DNA of 62,704 nucleotides, counting the filler, from Chiloscyllium plagiosum (taxonomy: Eukaryota): NCBI RefSeq assembly GCF_004010195.1. It is 3 parts of one record of this genome, joined end to end, with 100 filler letters (N's around TTAATTAATTAA, not from the genome) between each part and the next. Parts side by side here need not be neighbours in the genome. Positions count along the whole stretch, not along the records: positions 53,804 to 62,704 come from NC_057710.1; 2 more parts are not named here. The stretch is one strand, 5' to 3'. A program made the translations under genes and the position numbers. The notes under the pieces were generated by a model. That model was not told the DNA's origin. It worked only from the letters and a program-made list of their open reading frames with translations, and did no database searches. Below, in pieces: positions 62,362 to 62,704 of the stretch (the stretch's first letter is position 1; each line of letters starts with the position of its first letter).

Positions 62362-62704
62362 GGTTCTGGATCAGTGGTGCTGGAAGAGTACAGCATTTCA
62401 GGCAGCATCCGAGGAGCAGTAAAATTGACGTTTCGGGCAAAAGCCCTTCATCAGGAATAAAGGCAGAGAGCCTGAAGCGTGGAGAGATAAGCTAGAGGAG
62501 GGTGGGGTGAGGAGAAAGTAGCATGGAGTACAATGGGTGAGTGGGGGAGGGGATGAAGGTGATAGGTCAGTGAGGAGAGGGTGGAGTGGATAGGTGGAAA
62601 AGGAGCTAGGCAGGTAGGACAAGTCATGGGGAGAGTGCTGAGCTGGAAGTTTGGAACGGGGGTGAGGTGGGGGAAGGGGAAATGAGGAAACTGTTGAAGT
62701 CCAC
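62362..62704 (-). mobile_element. Penelope 3' end/terminus
   Basis: Terminus family shared with 23035-23160, 30400-30530, 45445-45638; pyrimidine-rich 3' region on the minus strand. Confidence 0.75.
62427..62454 (-). ncRNA. Minimal hammerhead motif, intact core
   Basis: CUGAUGA-a-gggc-uuuu-gccc-GAAAC-GUC; stem I imperfect. Confidence 0.6.

Overview
Vertebrate genomic DNA, most likely a shark or other elasmobranch (inferred from HE1-type V-SINEs and dense CR1 LINEs). Most of the window is decayed retroelements: L1, CR1, an L2/CR1-like family, Rex1/Babar, Penelope, Gypsy fragments and SINEs. There are 8 assembly gaps. Almost all listed ORFs are TE debris or N-runs. Two spliced host genes can be read by eye. 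(1) On the + strand are three 3' exons of an ADAM metalloprotease (Cys-rich end, EGF-like domain, transmembrane helix), with an in-frame TAA 20 nt before a strong splice donor. (2) On the - strand, convergent with it, is a candidate mucin-type gene: a signal-peptide exon (59086-58870) and two tandemly duplicated phase-1/phase-1 Thr-rich mini-exons (48688-48629, 46485-46420). Their flanking introns are ~95% identical while the exons are only ~57% identical; one is polybasic with a furin-type motif and the other is acidic. Also seen: minimal hammerhead-ribozyme motifs in several Penelope-derived termini, a ~99% identical 490-bp tract shared by two CR1 copies 16.8 kb apart, and an artificial TTAATTAATTAA linker in two gaps. 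TE boundaries are approximate, and identities are hand counts.
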